Positions 17,194 through 26,975 of a stretch of DNA of 64,000 nucleotides are shown in pieces. The position numbers were made by a program, and so were the translations under genes. The first letter of the stretch is position 1, and each line of letters starts with the position of its first letter. The stretch lies in the IMG/VR virus record IMGVR_UViG_3300024255_000019; one strand, written 5' to 3'. This DNA is from an uncultured virus (IMG/VR IMGVR_UViG_3300024255_000019) (Duplodnaviria; Heunggongvirae; Uroviricota; Caudoviricetes). The notes under the pieces were generated by a model. The model was not told the DNA's origin and searched no databases. It saw only the letters and a program-made list of their open reading frames with translations.

Positions 17194-18372
17194 TTATTCC
17201 ATATCACTTAGTTTGTCTTTAAGTTCGTCGACCTTACGTCTAAAATCATCTGCTTTATCTTGGTAAGCTTGTTCTTCGTCTTGGTATTTTTCGAATGCCA
17301 TATCATCGTCATTCTCTTCAGCTTCCATAGCTTTTTCCATTGCTTTTTGAGCAAAGTTTTCATATTTTTGTACAACAGCTTGGTACTCTGAAATCTTAAT
17401 TTTGATTTTACCCTTTTCGGAAACAGTGTCTCCACCCTGACTTTTGTTTGGGTTGTCGATATAATATTGAGTCTTGTCTTTGTCTGACATTTTCCTCACT
17501 TTATCATTATCAGCTCTGACTTTATCAGCAAATGCTTTTTCTTTTTCAGTAGGAACTTTGGTATACTGTGAATTACCAGGTTTTTTCTCATATCCTAGTG
17601 CAACCATTTCTTTATCTAGTAAACGATCTTTTACGTCGCGGCCTAAACTATCCCATACTTTGCCTTGGTCGCGCGCTTTGGCTTTTGCATTTTGTAAAGC
17701 ATCATAAGAATCACCACCACCCTTTACATGTTCGTCCATTGCGTCGTCAAACATACCAGATGCTTTCATATCTCTCATAGCCATTCTCTTAACTTTTTCA
17801 AGATTTGCTCTGTTAAGTTTTTCAACAGCTTTCTTAATCATTATTAAACGCTTCTCTTTTTCTTTAGGAGATAGAGCTTCGTCAAGATTAGTTTCGTCTA
17901 ACATATTAAGTAGAGTATCCATTGACTGCTGTTCGTTAGTCTTTTTATATTTACCCATTTTTAAGCCTAGAACAAAGTTATCAAACTCATCAGGATCGTC
18001 TGTCTTAATAGCATCTGAACCTACATAGCCCATCATTGCCATTTTAGCACCGTGTGATAAATCACCGTCACCATCTTGGAAACGAATAATTTCTTTAGCA
18101 TATCTCTTTTTAATATCATCTAAAGACATATCATGGGACCCATCAGAATCTTCATTCTGAACTTTTTGTTTTGCCTTTTTCAATTTAGCCATCTTAAGGT
18201 CACGTTCGCCTTGTTCAACGTCGATATCAGTAACTCTATTTTTTTCGTTATAAGCATAACCCTTTAAGTTAGGGTCAACTTTAATTCCAGCTGGAGCCTT
18301 CTTCTTTTTACCAACAGAAATGTCATCGACTTCTATTTTGGCTTCACTAAATAATTTTTTAAAACGTCTCAT
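17194..18372 (-). CDS. putative internal head protein (modular)
   Basis: MRRFKKLFSEA N-terminus; charged modules. Confidence 0.7.
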   Translation of the reverse strand: MRRFKKLFSEAKIEVDDISVGKKKKAPAGIKVDPNLKGYAYNEKNRVTDIDVEQGERDLKMAKLKKAKQKVQNEDSDGSHDMSLDDIKKRYAKEIIRFQDGDGDLSHGAKMAMMGYVGSDAIKTDDPDEFDNFVLGLKMGKYKKTNEQQSMDTLLNMLDETNLDEALSPKEKEKRLIMIKKAVEKLNRANLEKVKRMAMRDMKASGMFDDAMDEHVKGGGDSYDALQNAKAKARDQGKVWDSLGRDVKDRLLDKEMVALGYEKKPGNSQYTKVPTEKEKAFADKVRADNDKVRKMSDKDKTQYYIDNPNKSQGGDTVSEKGKIKIKISEYQAVVQKYENFAQKAMEKAMEAEENDDDMAFEKYQDEEQAYQDKADDFRRKVDELKDKLSDME

Positions 18373-18377
18373 TCTTT

Positions 18378-19169
18378 TTATCCTCCGAACTCGTGTCCGG
18401 CGACACGTTTCATTTGTTTGTTAAATTCTGCCTGTGACGGCTTGTTTTTATAGAGCTTAATAGTAAGATGTGCTTTATCTTTACCTTTAATTCTCCAATT
18501 ATATCCTTTTTCTTTATGTTCTGGCTTGGTTGTTTTTACGACTCTACGATCATAACCGTCTTCCCAAGATTCAGAACCTTCTTTAACTGTTTGACGAATA
18601 TTACTACCAAGGTCATTTCTTCTAAGGTATTTAATAACCTCAGCATAATCACCGCCAACATGAACCAACCATAAGTTTTTACCTTCAATCTTTTCAGAAC
18701 TGACAGTTAATTTTTTCATTTGCTTAGCTTTACGTTCAGCTTTTGCAGAGTCTGCTACACTATTAAACTTGAATGATACTTTAATTCTTTTTGTTTCTTC
18801 AACAACGACAGGTTTACCATCAATATGTACAATAGGCTTACCATCTTTATTGACATTACCATCCCATGTTCCAGCAGCATGTGCTTTTTTAGCAGCTCTA
18901 ATTTTGTCATCGCCTTGAGGACGCTTTTCTGCTTGTTTCCAACCCATTTGTCTGTAAGTGTTTAATTCGTCTTTTGTAATATAACGAACTTTATCTTGTT
19001 TGACAACTTTAATAGTACCTTTTGGGTCAGCTGCTTCAGTAACTTCTTTGTCTTTTACAAGAGATTTAATGGTTTGACCAGGAGTATCTTTTTGCAATTT
19101 AGCGCGAGCCTTATCTGTACCCCACAGACCAGCTCCACTCTCGTTAATTAAATCTCTAAGGTTTTTCAT
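18378..19169 (-). CDS. putative internal head protein (modular)
   Basis: MKNLRDLINES N-terminus; modules separated by VxE sites. Confidence 0.7.
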   Translation of the reverse strand: MKNLRDLINESGAGLWGTDKARAKLQKDTPGQTIKSLVKDKEVTEAADPKGTIKVVKQDKVRYITKDELNTYRQMGWKQAEKRPQGDDKIRAAKKAHAAGTWDGNVNKDGKPIVHIDGKPVVVEETKRIKVSFKFNSVADSAKAERKAKQMKKLTVSSEKIEGKNLWLVHVGGDYAEVIKYLRRNDLGSNIRQTVKEGSESWEDGYDRRVVKTTKPEHKEKGYNWRIKGKDKAHLTIKLYKNKPSQAEFNKQMKRVAGHEFGG

Positions 19170-19495
19170 ACTGGTAATCCTGCAGCCTTTTTAACTGAAT
19201 GTATTCTGTCTTGTAGTTGTTTTATTTCTTCTCGTTTGCTAGCAACCTCTTTTCTAAGTCTTTCGATTTGTGCTTTATCACTATCACTTAGTTTTGGATT
19301 ACCATACTTATCTGTTTCTTCAGAGACCGAATGTTGTCCGCCACAATGTTCACAATCTGAATCACATCCACATTTACCGTCTGCGTCAATTTTATTATCG
19401 CAACACTTGCATATATCACCTGTTTTTGCTTCTTCTATTCCAAAACTTGCTACTTGTCTGAGTGCTTCGTTGATTGTACCTTTTGCTGCTTTCAC
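19166..19495 (-). CDS. hypothetical protein with Cys-rich module and coiled coil
   Basis: CKCC...CGCDSDCEHC. Confidence 0.65.
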   Translation of the reverse strand: MKAAKGTINEALRQVASFGIEEAKTGDICKCCDNKIDADGKCGCDSDCEHCGGQHSVSEETDKYGNPKLSDSDKAQIERLRKEVASKREEIKQLQDRIHSVKKAAGLPV

Positions 19496-22179
19496 TATTT
19501 AGAGCTCCTTACTTTATCGGCTAAGTCTTTATCTGCCTTACCCCATGTTCCTTTTGATTTAGTTGCAAATGAGTTTACTCTAGCTAATCCCCATTGTGTT
19601 GGAGTAGTTCCAGGTCTATGTCCTGTTCTCCATGCTGCAACTCCTCTGTCAAATACTTTCTTTAATATTCCGTATGAGATACCAGATTTTTCTGCTTTAT
19701 CTGTAAGAGCTTTCTTAGGATTACTTTCAAAGATAAATTCTACATCTTCTGCTACTTGCATCAATGCTGCTATTTTTCTTACTCTTTGAGCTTCTAACTC
19801 TTCTGGTCCATTACGGAATTGCTTAAATCTTTTGTCTACAACAGGTTTGCCGTTTCTTGCGATCAACATGTGAGGTCTTTTTGATTCTTTAAGTTCTTCG
19901 CCGAACATTTTCTTAAAGTTAGTTGTATGGCTAGATGTTTTTGTTTTCTTTAACTCACCTGTTTTTGGGTCTTTGTCACCAGGAGCTGGTGTATATGCTT
20001 TTGGATTGTCATCGTCCATTTTTGCTTTTGATTTAAAATGAGCATCACGGTCGTCTTTAGTATCTTTATTAACGCCCTTATAATATTTACTAGGTTGTGT
20101 ACCTTTTAAATCTTTAACATCTTTATCTTGTGATTGCATTCGAGCTTCTAAGGTATACTCTCCGTATGCCTCACCATCAAAGCTTTCATTAGCATTTTGT
20201 AATGCCTTTTTAACTTCTGGATGTTTACTCAAATTGCGCTTTAATTTTTCAATTTCTTTAATAGCGTAATTCATATTACCGCTTAAATCCAAAGCCAATT
20301 CAATTGCAAGTTTGATATTTTTATCTTTTGCAGCACGTTTAGCAGCTGGATTGTCGCGGTAATACTGTGCAACTTCTCTGCCGGTCAGTTTCTGTTTCCC
20401 CATAGGGCTATTCGGTACTACTTTACCATCCTTAACTCTTTCAGTTATAAAGGTTTCCCATAGAGAATCAAAGTTCTCTATTGCTTTAACCTTCTTTATT
20501 GACTTAGGCTTAGGAATGGAGGTAGCGTTTGGTTTTTTGATTTTCTTTGCTAATCGAGCTTTTTGAACAGCTTTAACTTTAGGTAAGAATCTTCTCATTA
20601 ATGTATCAATTCTATTTTTAGAAATCTTTCCAACTCTGTCATCAACTCTTTGTCTTGCTGAATAAGGCATATCAGCATATCGTCCTTTAGAGAATCTCTT
20701 CTTCAACATACGATATACTAACCTTCGTGACCTACTCAGTAATACTGAATTAGTAGCACGTCTTTTCAGAGCTCTGCGTCTACCCATCATAATCTTAGAC
20801 TTCATACGACGCATAGTCATTTTACGTCTTAGTCTTTGTTGACGAGTTAGTGCTTCACTTAAATAGTCTTGTTCTATTTCTTCAATACCTTCATTGATAC
20901 CCATACCTGCTCTGACTGCGCCATATACCGATTTGGCTTGTCTTTGTAATTTGCTAGGTAATCCTCTTTTAAAGGTACTTAAATCTCCGTCTTCAGCAGC
21001 TTTTCTCATTTTAGAGGCGGACATTCCTGCCACTCCCTCTGCATCTGGGTCACGTTCACCTGCTGAAATAACTTCAATATTATCAAATTTAAACTCTTTA
21101 CCATTATATTTGTTGAGTAGTGTTTCAAATTCCTTGACGCGGTCTGAGCCGACCACGAGGATTAGAGTTTTAAATGTTCGTTGTAATTCTTTTGCAACAT
21201 CAATAATTGTCTTTGCACTAGATTTTACAACGAGTCTACTACCAAAGGCTGCCTGAGCGAACATGAGTTTTTGGTTGTAGGGTAAAGGGTTCTTTTTCTT
21301 ATCTGTAGTATGAGTTAGATATACAAATGGTGTGGCCCTTTTTGTTCTTGCGGTCGTAATAACTTTATTAATAAGTTTCTCGTGACCGACTGTAACAGGA
21401 TTCATGCGTCCAAATGTAATAACTACTGTATCATTTACAGCTTCTTTTATTTCAGCGCTTTCACGTAGCTCGTCACGCAATAATTCTTTATCGATTTGAA
21501 TCCTACGATGGCGATCTTCTATTTGGTCAATTAATCGGTCAATCTTTTTAATAGCTATGCCTTTAGCATTGTTATCAATATCTTGTTGACGGATTCTCTT
21601 TTTTTCTTCTTGTTTTTGTTGAACTATAACATCTAAACGATCTTGCTCATCTTGCATTTTTTCAATTCTGTCTCGGATTGATTTTTTTGCAGAATCATTC
21701 ATAGCTTCTTTTATTTCTGGTTTAACGTTCACAAATCTTGTTGGATTAAATCTTTTCTTGTCTAGCTTATCAGCTGAATTTTTATCGTCTTTTTTCTGTT
21801 TAACTATGTTCTTTCCGGCTTCTTGGTCATCTTCATCGTCGTTATCGATGTCATCACCTTTTTCATTACCTTTATCACCATCTGAAGTAGATTTTGCTTT
21901 GACTTTTGGTTCTGACTCAGAATCGTCTTCGTCATCGTCATCTCTTGCAACTTTTTTCTTTGGCTCAGGCTTTGGCTCAGGTGTTTCTTCATCATCTGTT
22001 TCCGGTTTGGTATCGACTTCAGTTTCTTTCTCTGAGTCATCAGATGGTTTTTTACCACGGCGCTTTTTAAGGATTTTTCCGTCTTTATCGATGATGTTAC
22101 CGTCAGCATCTTTCTCGACTTCTTGTAATTCCTTTTCTTTAGCTTTAGCTGCCAAATATTCTTGAAATGTTTTGCTCAT
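19495..22179 (-). CDS. multidomain putative virion protein with HxGH-type nucleotidyltransferase domain
   Basis: FGRMNPVTVGHEKL, VVGSDR and MSASKMR motifs; Arg-rich module; C-terminal RGVAAWRTGHRPG module; late promoter upstream. Confidence 0.85.
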   Translation of the reverse strand: MSKTFQEYLAAKAKEKELQEVEKDADGNIIDKDGKILKKRRGKKPSDDSEKETEVDTKPETDDEETPEPKPEPKKKVARDDDDEDDSESEPKVKAKSTSDGDKGNEKGDDIDNDDEDDQEAGKNIVKQKKDDKNSADKLDKKRFNPTRFVNVKPEIKEAMNDSAKKSIRDRIEKMQDEQDRLDVIVQQKQEEKKRIRQQDIDNNAKGIAIKKIDRLIDQIEDRHRRIQIDKELLRDELRESAEIKEAVNDTVVITFGRMNPVTVGHEKLINKVITTARTKRATPFVYLTHTTDKKKNPLPYNQKLMFAQAAFGSRLVVKSSAKTIIDVAKELQRTFKTLILVVGSDRVKEFETLLNKYNGKEFKFDNIEVISAGERDPDAEGVAGMSASKMRKAAEDGDLSTFKRGLPSKLQRQAKSVYGAVRAGMGINEGIEEIEQDYLSEALTRQQRLRRKMTMRRMKSKIMMGRRRALKRRATNSVLLSRSRRLVYRMLKKRFSKGRYADMPYSARQRVDDRVGKISKNRIDTLMRRFLPKVKAVQKARLAKKIKKPNATSIPKPKSIKKVKAIENFDSLWETFITERVKDGKVVPNSPMGKQKLTGREVAQYYRDNPAAKRAAKDKNIKLAIELALDLSGNMNYAIKEIEKLKRNLSKHPEVKKALQNANESFDGEAYGEYTLEARMQSQDKDVKDLKGTQPSKYYKGVNKDTKDDRDAHFKSKAKMDDDNPKAYTPAPGDKDPKTGELKKTKTSSHTTNFKKMFGEELKESKRPHMLIARNGKPVVDKRFKQFRNGPEELEAQRVRKIAALMQVAEDVEFIFESNPKKALTDKAEKSGISYGILKKVFDRGVAAWRTGHRPGTTPTQWGLARVNSFATKSKGTWGKADKDLADKVRSSK

Positions 22180-22220
22180 AAGAGATGAACCCTAATTGTT
22201 AAATGTATATCTACTCTGTT

Positions 22221-22907
22221 TTATTTATAATATTTTACGAATGAAGGAATAAACTCATAATTAACATGAGCAGATTGACTCCATATTGTACTTTCTCTTA
22301 AATAACCTATTGCTGGAGTTGGTGACATAATCATTAAAGGTATTTTTGTTCTTCTTTGTCCTCTAATAAAATATGCATTATCAACAGCACCCAAAATTCC
22401 GTTTTCTTCAATTTCATGTACTAAATTTTGAGCAGTTCTTTTTGTCATCATATATGCATGAGCACCTTCATGCCCATCAATATGTATTAATTCTCTAGGC
22501 TCATTCTTTGCATCTAAAAATCTATACTCGTGATAGTTAGATAACTTATATCCTAAAGTAATTAAATAATTGTCTGGTACTTTAATATCTGGTTTATAAT
22601 ACATTAAAGCATCATGTTCCAATACTATACCAACTTCATCATCACCTTCTGCAATCTTTTTCCATATTGCACCATGTCCAGCACTACATGCATTTGCTTT
22701 CTGTGCAGGACTCATATTGTCTATAACTAAAGGTGGTTCGTAAAATTTCATCTTAATACCAGTTTGGCACCAAGCTGCACGACCTGTTATATCATACCAA
22801 CCATCAAAATATTCCCAATCTAAATCAATAGCATCACAAGTTTCTGCAGTTATCTTTGCATACTTATGTGACAACTCACTATTGATTCTCAGGATATAAG
22901 CTTTCAC
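22221..22907 (-). CDS. glycosyltransferase family 25-like
   Basis: ACSAGHGAIWKKI...IVLEHDA; GAHAYMMT. Confidence 0.8.
   Translation of the reverse strand: MKAYILRINSELSHKYAKITAETCDAIDLDWEYFDGWYDITGRAAWCQTGIKMKFYEPPLVIDNMSPAQKANACSAGHGAIWKKIAEGDDEVGIVLEHDALMYYKPDIKVPDNYLITLGYKLSNYHEYRFLDAKNEPRELIHIDGHEGAHAYMMTKRTAQNLVHEIEENGILGAVDNAYFIRGQRRTKIPLMIMSPTPAIGYLRESTIWSQSAHVNYEFIPSFVKYYK
22222..22229 (-). promoter_or_regulatory. T4 late promoter
   Basis: TATAAATA 43 bp upstream of the 894-aa gene. Confidence 0.75.
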
Positions 22908-23560
22908 TTTGCTAGTTCGTCGTATAATTTAAAATCTTCGCCAAATGTTTTCTTCATTTCATCAATATCTTTTTGCTCAAATTCAATCTCATTCTGTCTT
23001 GCTACTCTTGAATCTGTTTTATGTCTTGGTAATGGATGGTCAATACGCAACCTACGGTTAAACATAAAGTTACTTAATTCTTTTTCTAAATCTTCGTATA
23101 ACCAGAAACGACCAACAGATTTACTACCTAGTTTTAATAAGCTACTTTGAACAATACCACTATTTGGTTCACCTCTAAACACTCCATTGATTGTCCAATT
23201 ACGATATTGTTCTATAGAAGGGTCTATTTGTCGACCTTTCCATTTACGATAAAAGTAATAAAAACTTTTTGCTCTATCAACTGGATTTCTTAACAAAGCA
23301 AATATATCATATTCTAATGCTTGTTCTTTTGTTAATATACCTTCGTCAATTAATTGGTTTAATGTAAAATGGTAAAAAGCATAAGGTCTATATTTACTTA
23401 CGATCGCTTCATCTAATGTACCTGGTAGATTACTATCTTCTACTTCAGTATAGATTGCTTCATCGTCTTGTATATTTCTAATAAAGAAATCTGACAGACT
23501 ACTTGATGCTGTTTTGGGTGTGCGCAAAAATAAGAATTTATGTTTATGTGATAAGTACAT
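22904..23560 (-). CDS. sulfotransferase family protein
   Basis: FLRTPKTASSS 5'-PSB motif; LRNPVDRAKSFY 3'-PB motif. Confidence 0.85.
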   Translation of the reverse strand: MYLSHKHKFLFLRTPKTASSSLSDFFIRNIQDDEAIYTEVEDSNLPGTLDEAIVSKYRPYAFYHFTLNQLIDEGILTKEQALEYDIFALLRNPVDRAKSFYYFYRKWKGRQIDPSIEQYRNWTINGVFRGEPNSGIVQSSLLKLGSKSVGRFWLYEDLEKELSNFMFNRRLRIDHPLPRHKTDSRVARQNEIEFEQKDIDEMKKTFGEDFKLYDELAK

Positions 23561-24222
23561 TATAATACTCCTTGCGAATAATCTACACAGTTAAAGCCCA
23601 TACCTGTTGAGCCCCATTTATGGTCTGCGTAAACTTTATCTGGTCCATTATATCTTTGTGCACCATTAATATAAAATTGTGGTATAAAATAGTGTGATGG
23701 CCAAACTGTTAATTTATCTTTCCAATTTGGTATATGTTTTGCTAAGAAAGCATTACCTGTTGAGTTGTGAGGTTGATGATGTAAATCTTGTGGTCTAAGC
23801 TTTTTTAATTCATCTAAAATATGTTTAACAAACGGATTCTCTGGATTACAACCAAATATTGGCTGAACATTATCACCACGGCCTTTTTCATTCTCATAAC
23901 AAGTATAAGCATGGTCAGCTGGAGAGCTCCATAGCTCATCTGTATTTTCTAAACAAATCATATCAGCTTCTGCAATAAATCCACCTCGCTCATACAATAA
24001 CTCATAACGAATTAAATCTGAAACACCACAGAAAGCTCTAGCATTATAATAATGTTCTATCAATGCTTGATTTCTCCAAGCACGTTTTTTTAACATCTGG
24101 TCTGTAAATATCTTATATTCCCATTCTGGATGTTTATCGCGCCAAGTATACATCCATTTGAGTGGAGCCGGTCTTGGCCCTACCCAAATATGAGACATTT
24201 TCTTTGGTATGTTTACGTTCAT
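23560..24222 (-). CDS. glycosyltransferase (GT32/OCH1-like)
   Basis: IPKKMSHIWVG; SDLIRYELLYERGGFIAEAD (DxD-like). Confidence 0.85.
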   Translation of the reverse strand: MNVNIPKKMSHIWVGPRPAPLKWMYTWRDKHPEWEYKIFTDQMLKKRAWRNQALIEHYYNARAFCGVSDLIRYELLYERGGFIAEADMICLENTDELWSSPADHAYTCYENEKGRGDNVQPIFGCNPENPFVKHILDELKKLRPQDLHHQPHNSTGNAFLAKHIPNWKDKLTVWPSHYFIPQFYINGAQRYNGPDKVYADHKWGSTGMGFNCVDYSQGVL

Positions 24223-24407
24223 ATTTCTGCTATTGTATCTTTTCTGACTACAGAATTCATTAGTCTACCATATTTATCGTAAGTGTAAACTGTTTCTTGT
24301 TGATAGTCATTACTTACTTTAGTAGTTACTTTAACTGTTCTTAAGTCGTAATCAATCTTATTTGCAAAGGGTGGATTCAATACTGGGCTAATTGGTGTAA
24401 TTTCCAT
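24219..24407 (-). CDS. hypothetical protein
   Basis: Operon-packed ORF. Confidence 0.6.
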   Translation of the reverse strand: MEITPISPVLNPPFANKIDYDLRTVKVTTKVSNDYQQETVYTYDKYGRLMNSVVRKDTIAEI

Positions 24408-25546
24408 TATTGTAATAACTCCGTTATTCTTTCTGCTAATTTAATAAACCATGCTTCATCGTGGCCTCTTGTTGTTTCTGCTGCAGTACCTATACGAATA
24501 CCACTTGTTTCCATAAAGGGACGAGGGTCATTTGGTATTCCGTTTTTATTTACAGTAATACCATTCTCTTCTAATAAGTCTGCAAATTCCCTACCACTAT
24601 ATTTACTCTCACTCAAATCCATTAAAATAATATGTGAATCTGTTCCACTTGTTTGTACTTTAACTCCTCGTTCTTCAAATACCTTACACATTGCTTGTGC
24701 ATTTTTAATCACATTTTCAGCGTAATCAAAAAATTCTTTTGTATCTGCTTCAATAAAGGCTTGAGCTTTAGCTGCAATAATATTCATTAATGGTCCACCT
24801 TGTGTACCTGGGAATACAGCTGAATTAATCAGTTTAGAATATTTAGGGTTATTCCATAAGATGATTCCACCACGAGGGCCTCTTAATGTTTTATGAGTAG
24901 TTGAAGTAACCACATCTGCATAAGGGATTGGACTATCATAAGCACCACCGGCGATCAGGCCTGAATAGTGAGCCATATCTACCATTAATAATGCTCTACA
25001 TTCATCTGCAATCTCTCTAAACTTTTTCCAATCAATTTGGCGAGGATAAGCAGAAGCACCTGCAATAATCATTGAAGGCCTAAAGTCTAAAGCTATTCTA
25101 CGAACTTCTTCATAGTCAATTAAACCATTTTCGTCTACGCCATAATGAGCTGTTACATAGTTTTTACCTGAAATATTAACTGGAGCACCGTGGGATAAAT
25201 GTCCACCACTTGCTAAATCCATTCCAAGGATACGAGAACCAGGTTCTAAAAATGCTTGGAATACAGCTAGGTTTGCGTTAGCTCCACTATGAGGTTGAAC
25301 ATTTGCAAACTCACAATCATAGATATCTTTAAGTTTCTGTATTGCTAAGTTTTCAATCTCGTCCATTTGTTCGCAACCATTATAGTAACGACGACCAGGA
25401 TAACCTTCTGCATATTTGTTTGTAAATTCTGAACCACATAATTTCATTACGGAATCTGATGCAAAGTTTTCAGATGCAATTAGTTCAATTGTTGATTGTT
25501 GACGCTGTAGTTCGCGTTGGTAAATTTTGTCTATTTCAATGTGCAT
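24407..25546 (-). CDS. glyA: serine hydroxymethyltransferase
   Basis: LIASEN, NKYAEGYPG, GGHLSHG, TTHKTLRGPRGG. Confidence 0.97.
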   Translation of the reverse strand: MHIEIDKIYQRELQRQQSTIELIASENFASDSVMKLCGSEFTNKYAEGYPGRRYYNGCEQMDEIENLAIQKLKDIYDCEFANVQPHSGANANLAVFQAFLEPGSRILGMDLASGGHLSHGAPVNISGKNYVTAHYGVDENGLIDYEEVRRIALDFRPSMIIAGASAYPRQIDWKKFREIADECRALLMVDMAHYSGLIAGGAYDSPIPYADVVTSTTHKTLRGPRGGIILWNNPKYSKLINSAVFPGTQGGPLMNIIAAKAQAFIEADTKEFFDYAENVIKNAQAMCKVFEERGVKVQTSGTDSHIILMDLSESKYSGREFADLLEENGITVNKNGIPNDPRPFMETSGIRIGTAAETTRGHDEAWFIKLAERITELLQ

Positions 25547-26075
25547 GTTTTCTCACTATATAACGATAAGCGGCTGATGCATTATCATCGCTTTCTAATT
25601 GGGTAAATGGAATATCGAGTGCTTCAAACTGTTTTAATATATCTAAATCAATTTGAATACTTTGAACTTCATCTTGTGCTCTACCATCTTCTTCGTAATT
25701 TTCTCGAGTACGGCTTAGCATAAAATTGATATTATCGTACTTATTATAACACTCTAAAGCCATGGTGTCAATAGTATCTGAATACATTGGTTCACCATAT
25801 TTAGTACGATAAATAGGACTTAGCAATACTGGAGAGTCTGTTATAACATAATCTACCTTATCTGCTAATCTAAGTATTTTTCGATGTTGATGTGCTAATA
25901 TCCATAATTGGTCTTTTAGCATTGGGATGTTTTCTTCCCATACACATTCTTTAGCAAACTCATCTGTGAGTTCTACTTTATAACCTGCTAACTTCATCTT
26001 ATAAAACAAACCGGCCGCTGCTGTGCTTTTACCCGAGCAGGGTCCACCATAAAAATTAATCACTTTTGTTTTCAT
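25536..26075 (-). CDS. NadR/AAA_28-like P-loop kinase
   Basis: GGPCSGKST Walker A; EFAKE; ITDSP. Confidence 0.8.
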   Translation of the reverse strand: MKTKVINFYGGPCSGKSTAAAGLFYKMKLAGYKVELTDEFAKECVWEENIPMLKDQLWILAHQHRKILRLADKVDYVITDSPVLLSPIYRTKYGEPMYSDTIDTMALECYNKYDNINFMLSRTRENYEEDGRAQDEVQSIQIDLDILKQFEALDIPFTQLESDDNASAAYRYIVRKHAH

Positions 26076-26078
26076 TAT

Positions 26079-26645
26079 TTACTTCTTCTCAACAAACCAT
26101 AAAAAATCATCTTCAACAAAATAACCATCTTCACCATATAGTTCTACAACTGCTGTCTTAACAGTTGGAAAATGTATATCATGCCCGATAATCATTCCAC
26201 CTTTTCTTACTTTTGGTGCCCAAGCTTCTACATCTCTCATAACACCATTATAACTATGGTCAGCATCAATAAAGACAAAATCTAAACTTTCATCGTCTAC
26301 TTGTTTTGCTGCTTCAGTTGTGAAATCTTTTATAATCTCGGCACGACCAGGGTAACCCTGGCAAAATCTAACGAGGTCCTGATAATATGTCTCGTGGTCC
26401 CATGCATGGCCATTTTCGCCCCGCGTCCATTGTTCTGGTCCATCGTAGCCAGGTTGAGCTTCGTACAAATCAACACCAATGATGTGCAAATTGTGACATG
26501 TCTTAACCAAGTGCTTAAAGGTCTCTCCAACCCATACTCCAAGTTCTGCTCCTTTTGTCCAATTGTTTTTACGTACGTACTTCTCTATTGTTTGCCATCG
26601 CCAGATGTTTCCACCGTCATGGCCCCTATCGCGTATTCGTCCCAT
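26079..26645 (-). CDS. class I SAM methyltransferase (Methyltransf_24-like)
   Basis: ELGVWVG; FVFIDADHSY; GGMIIGHD. Confidence 0.9.
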   Translation of the reverse strand: MGRIRDRGHDGGNIWRWQTIEKYVRKNNWTKGAELGVWVGETFKHLVKTCHNLHIIGVDLYEAQPGYDGPEQWTRGENGHAWDHETYYQDLVRFCQGYPGRAEIIKDFTTEAAKQVDDESLDFVFIDADHSYNGVMRDVEAWAPKVRKGGMIIGHDIHFPTVKTAVVELYGEDGYFVEDDFLWFVEKK

Positions 26646-26672
26646 TTCATAAATCTCCTATGATAAAAAGTT

Positions 26673-26701
26673 ATTATAACACATTGTGTTGTGTTTGTCA
26701 A
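26673..26701 (-). promoter_or_regulatory. sigma70-type promoter for the MTase-glyA-GT operon
   Basis: TTGACA, 17 bp, TATAAT. Confidence 0.85.
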
Positions 26702-26738
26702 TTGTTATGGTCATTAAATTCATAATAAAAATGACTGA

Positions 26739-26954
26739 TTATTCTTTAGGGTCAACCCAAACAATATCGATTTTGCGTCTAGCTAACTCGTTCATACATT
26801 TCTGTTTGATTTTTGGTTTACCAGATTTGTTGTTAATATATTGAAACAATTCACCTTTAGGAGTTTGTTTCATATAAAAATGTGTTGTTTTTAGTTTGCC
26901 AGTATTTCTGTCTTTAACCATCTGACTCGGTTGTAATTTTGTAGGCATATACAA
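26739..26954 (-). CDS. hypothetical protein
   Basis: ORF with GAGG RBS. Confidence 0.65.
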   Translation of the reverse strand: MYMPTKLQPSQMVKDRNTGKLKTTHFYMKQTPKGELFQYINNKSGKPKIKQKCMNELARRKIDIVWVDPKE

Positions 26955-26975
26955 TCACCTCATGATATTATGTTA

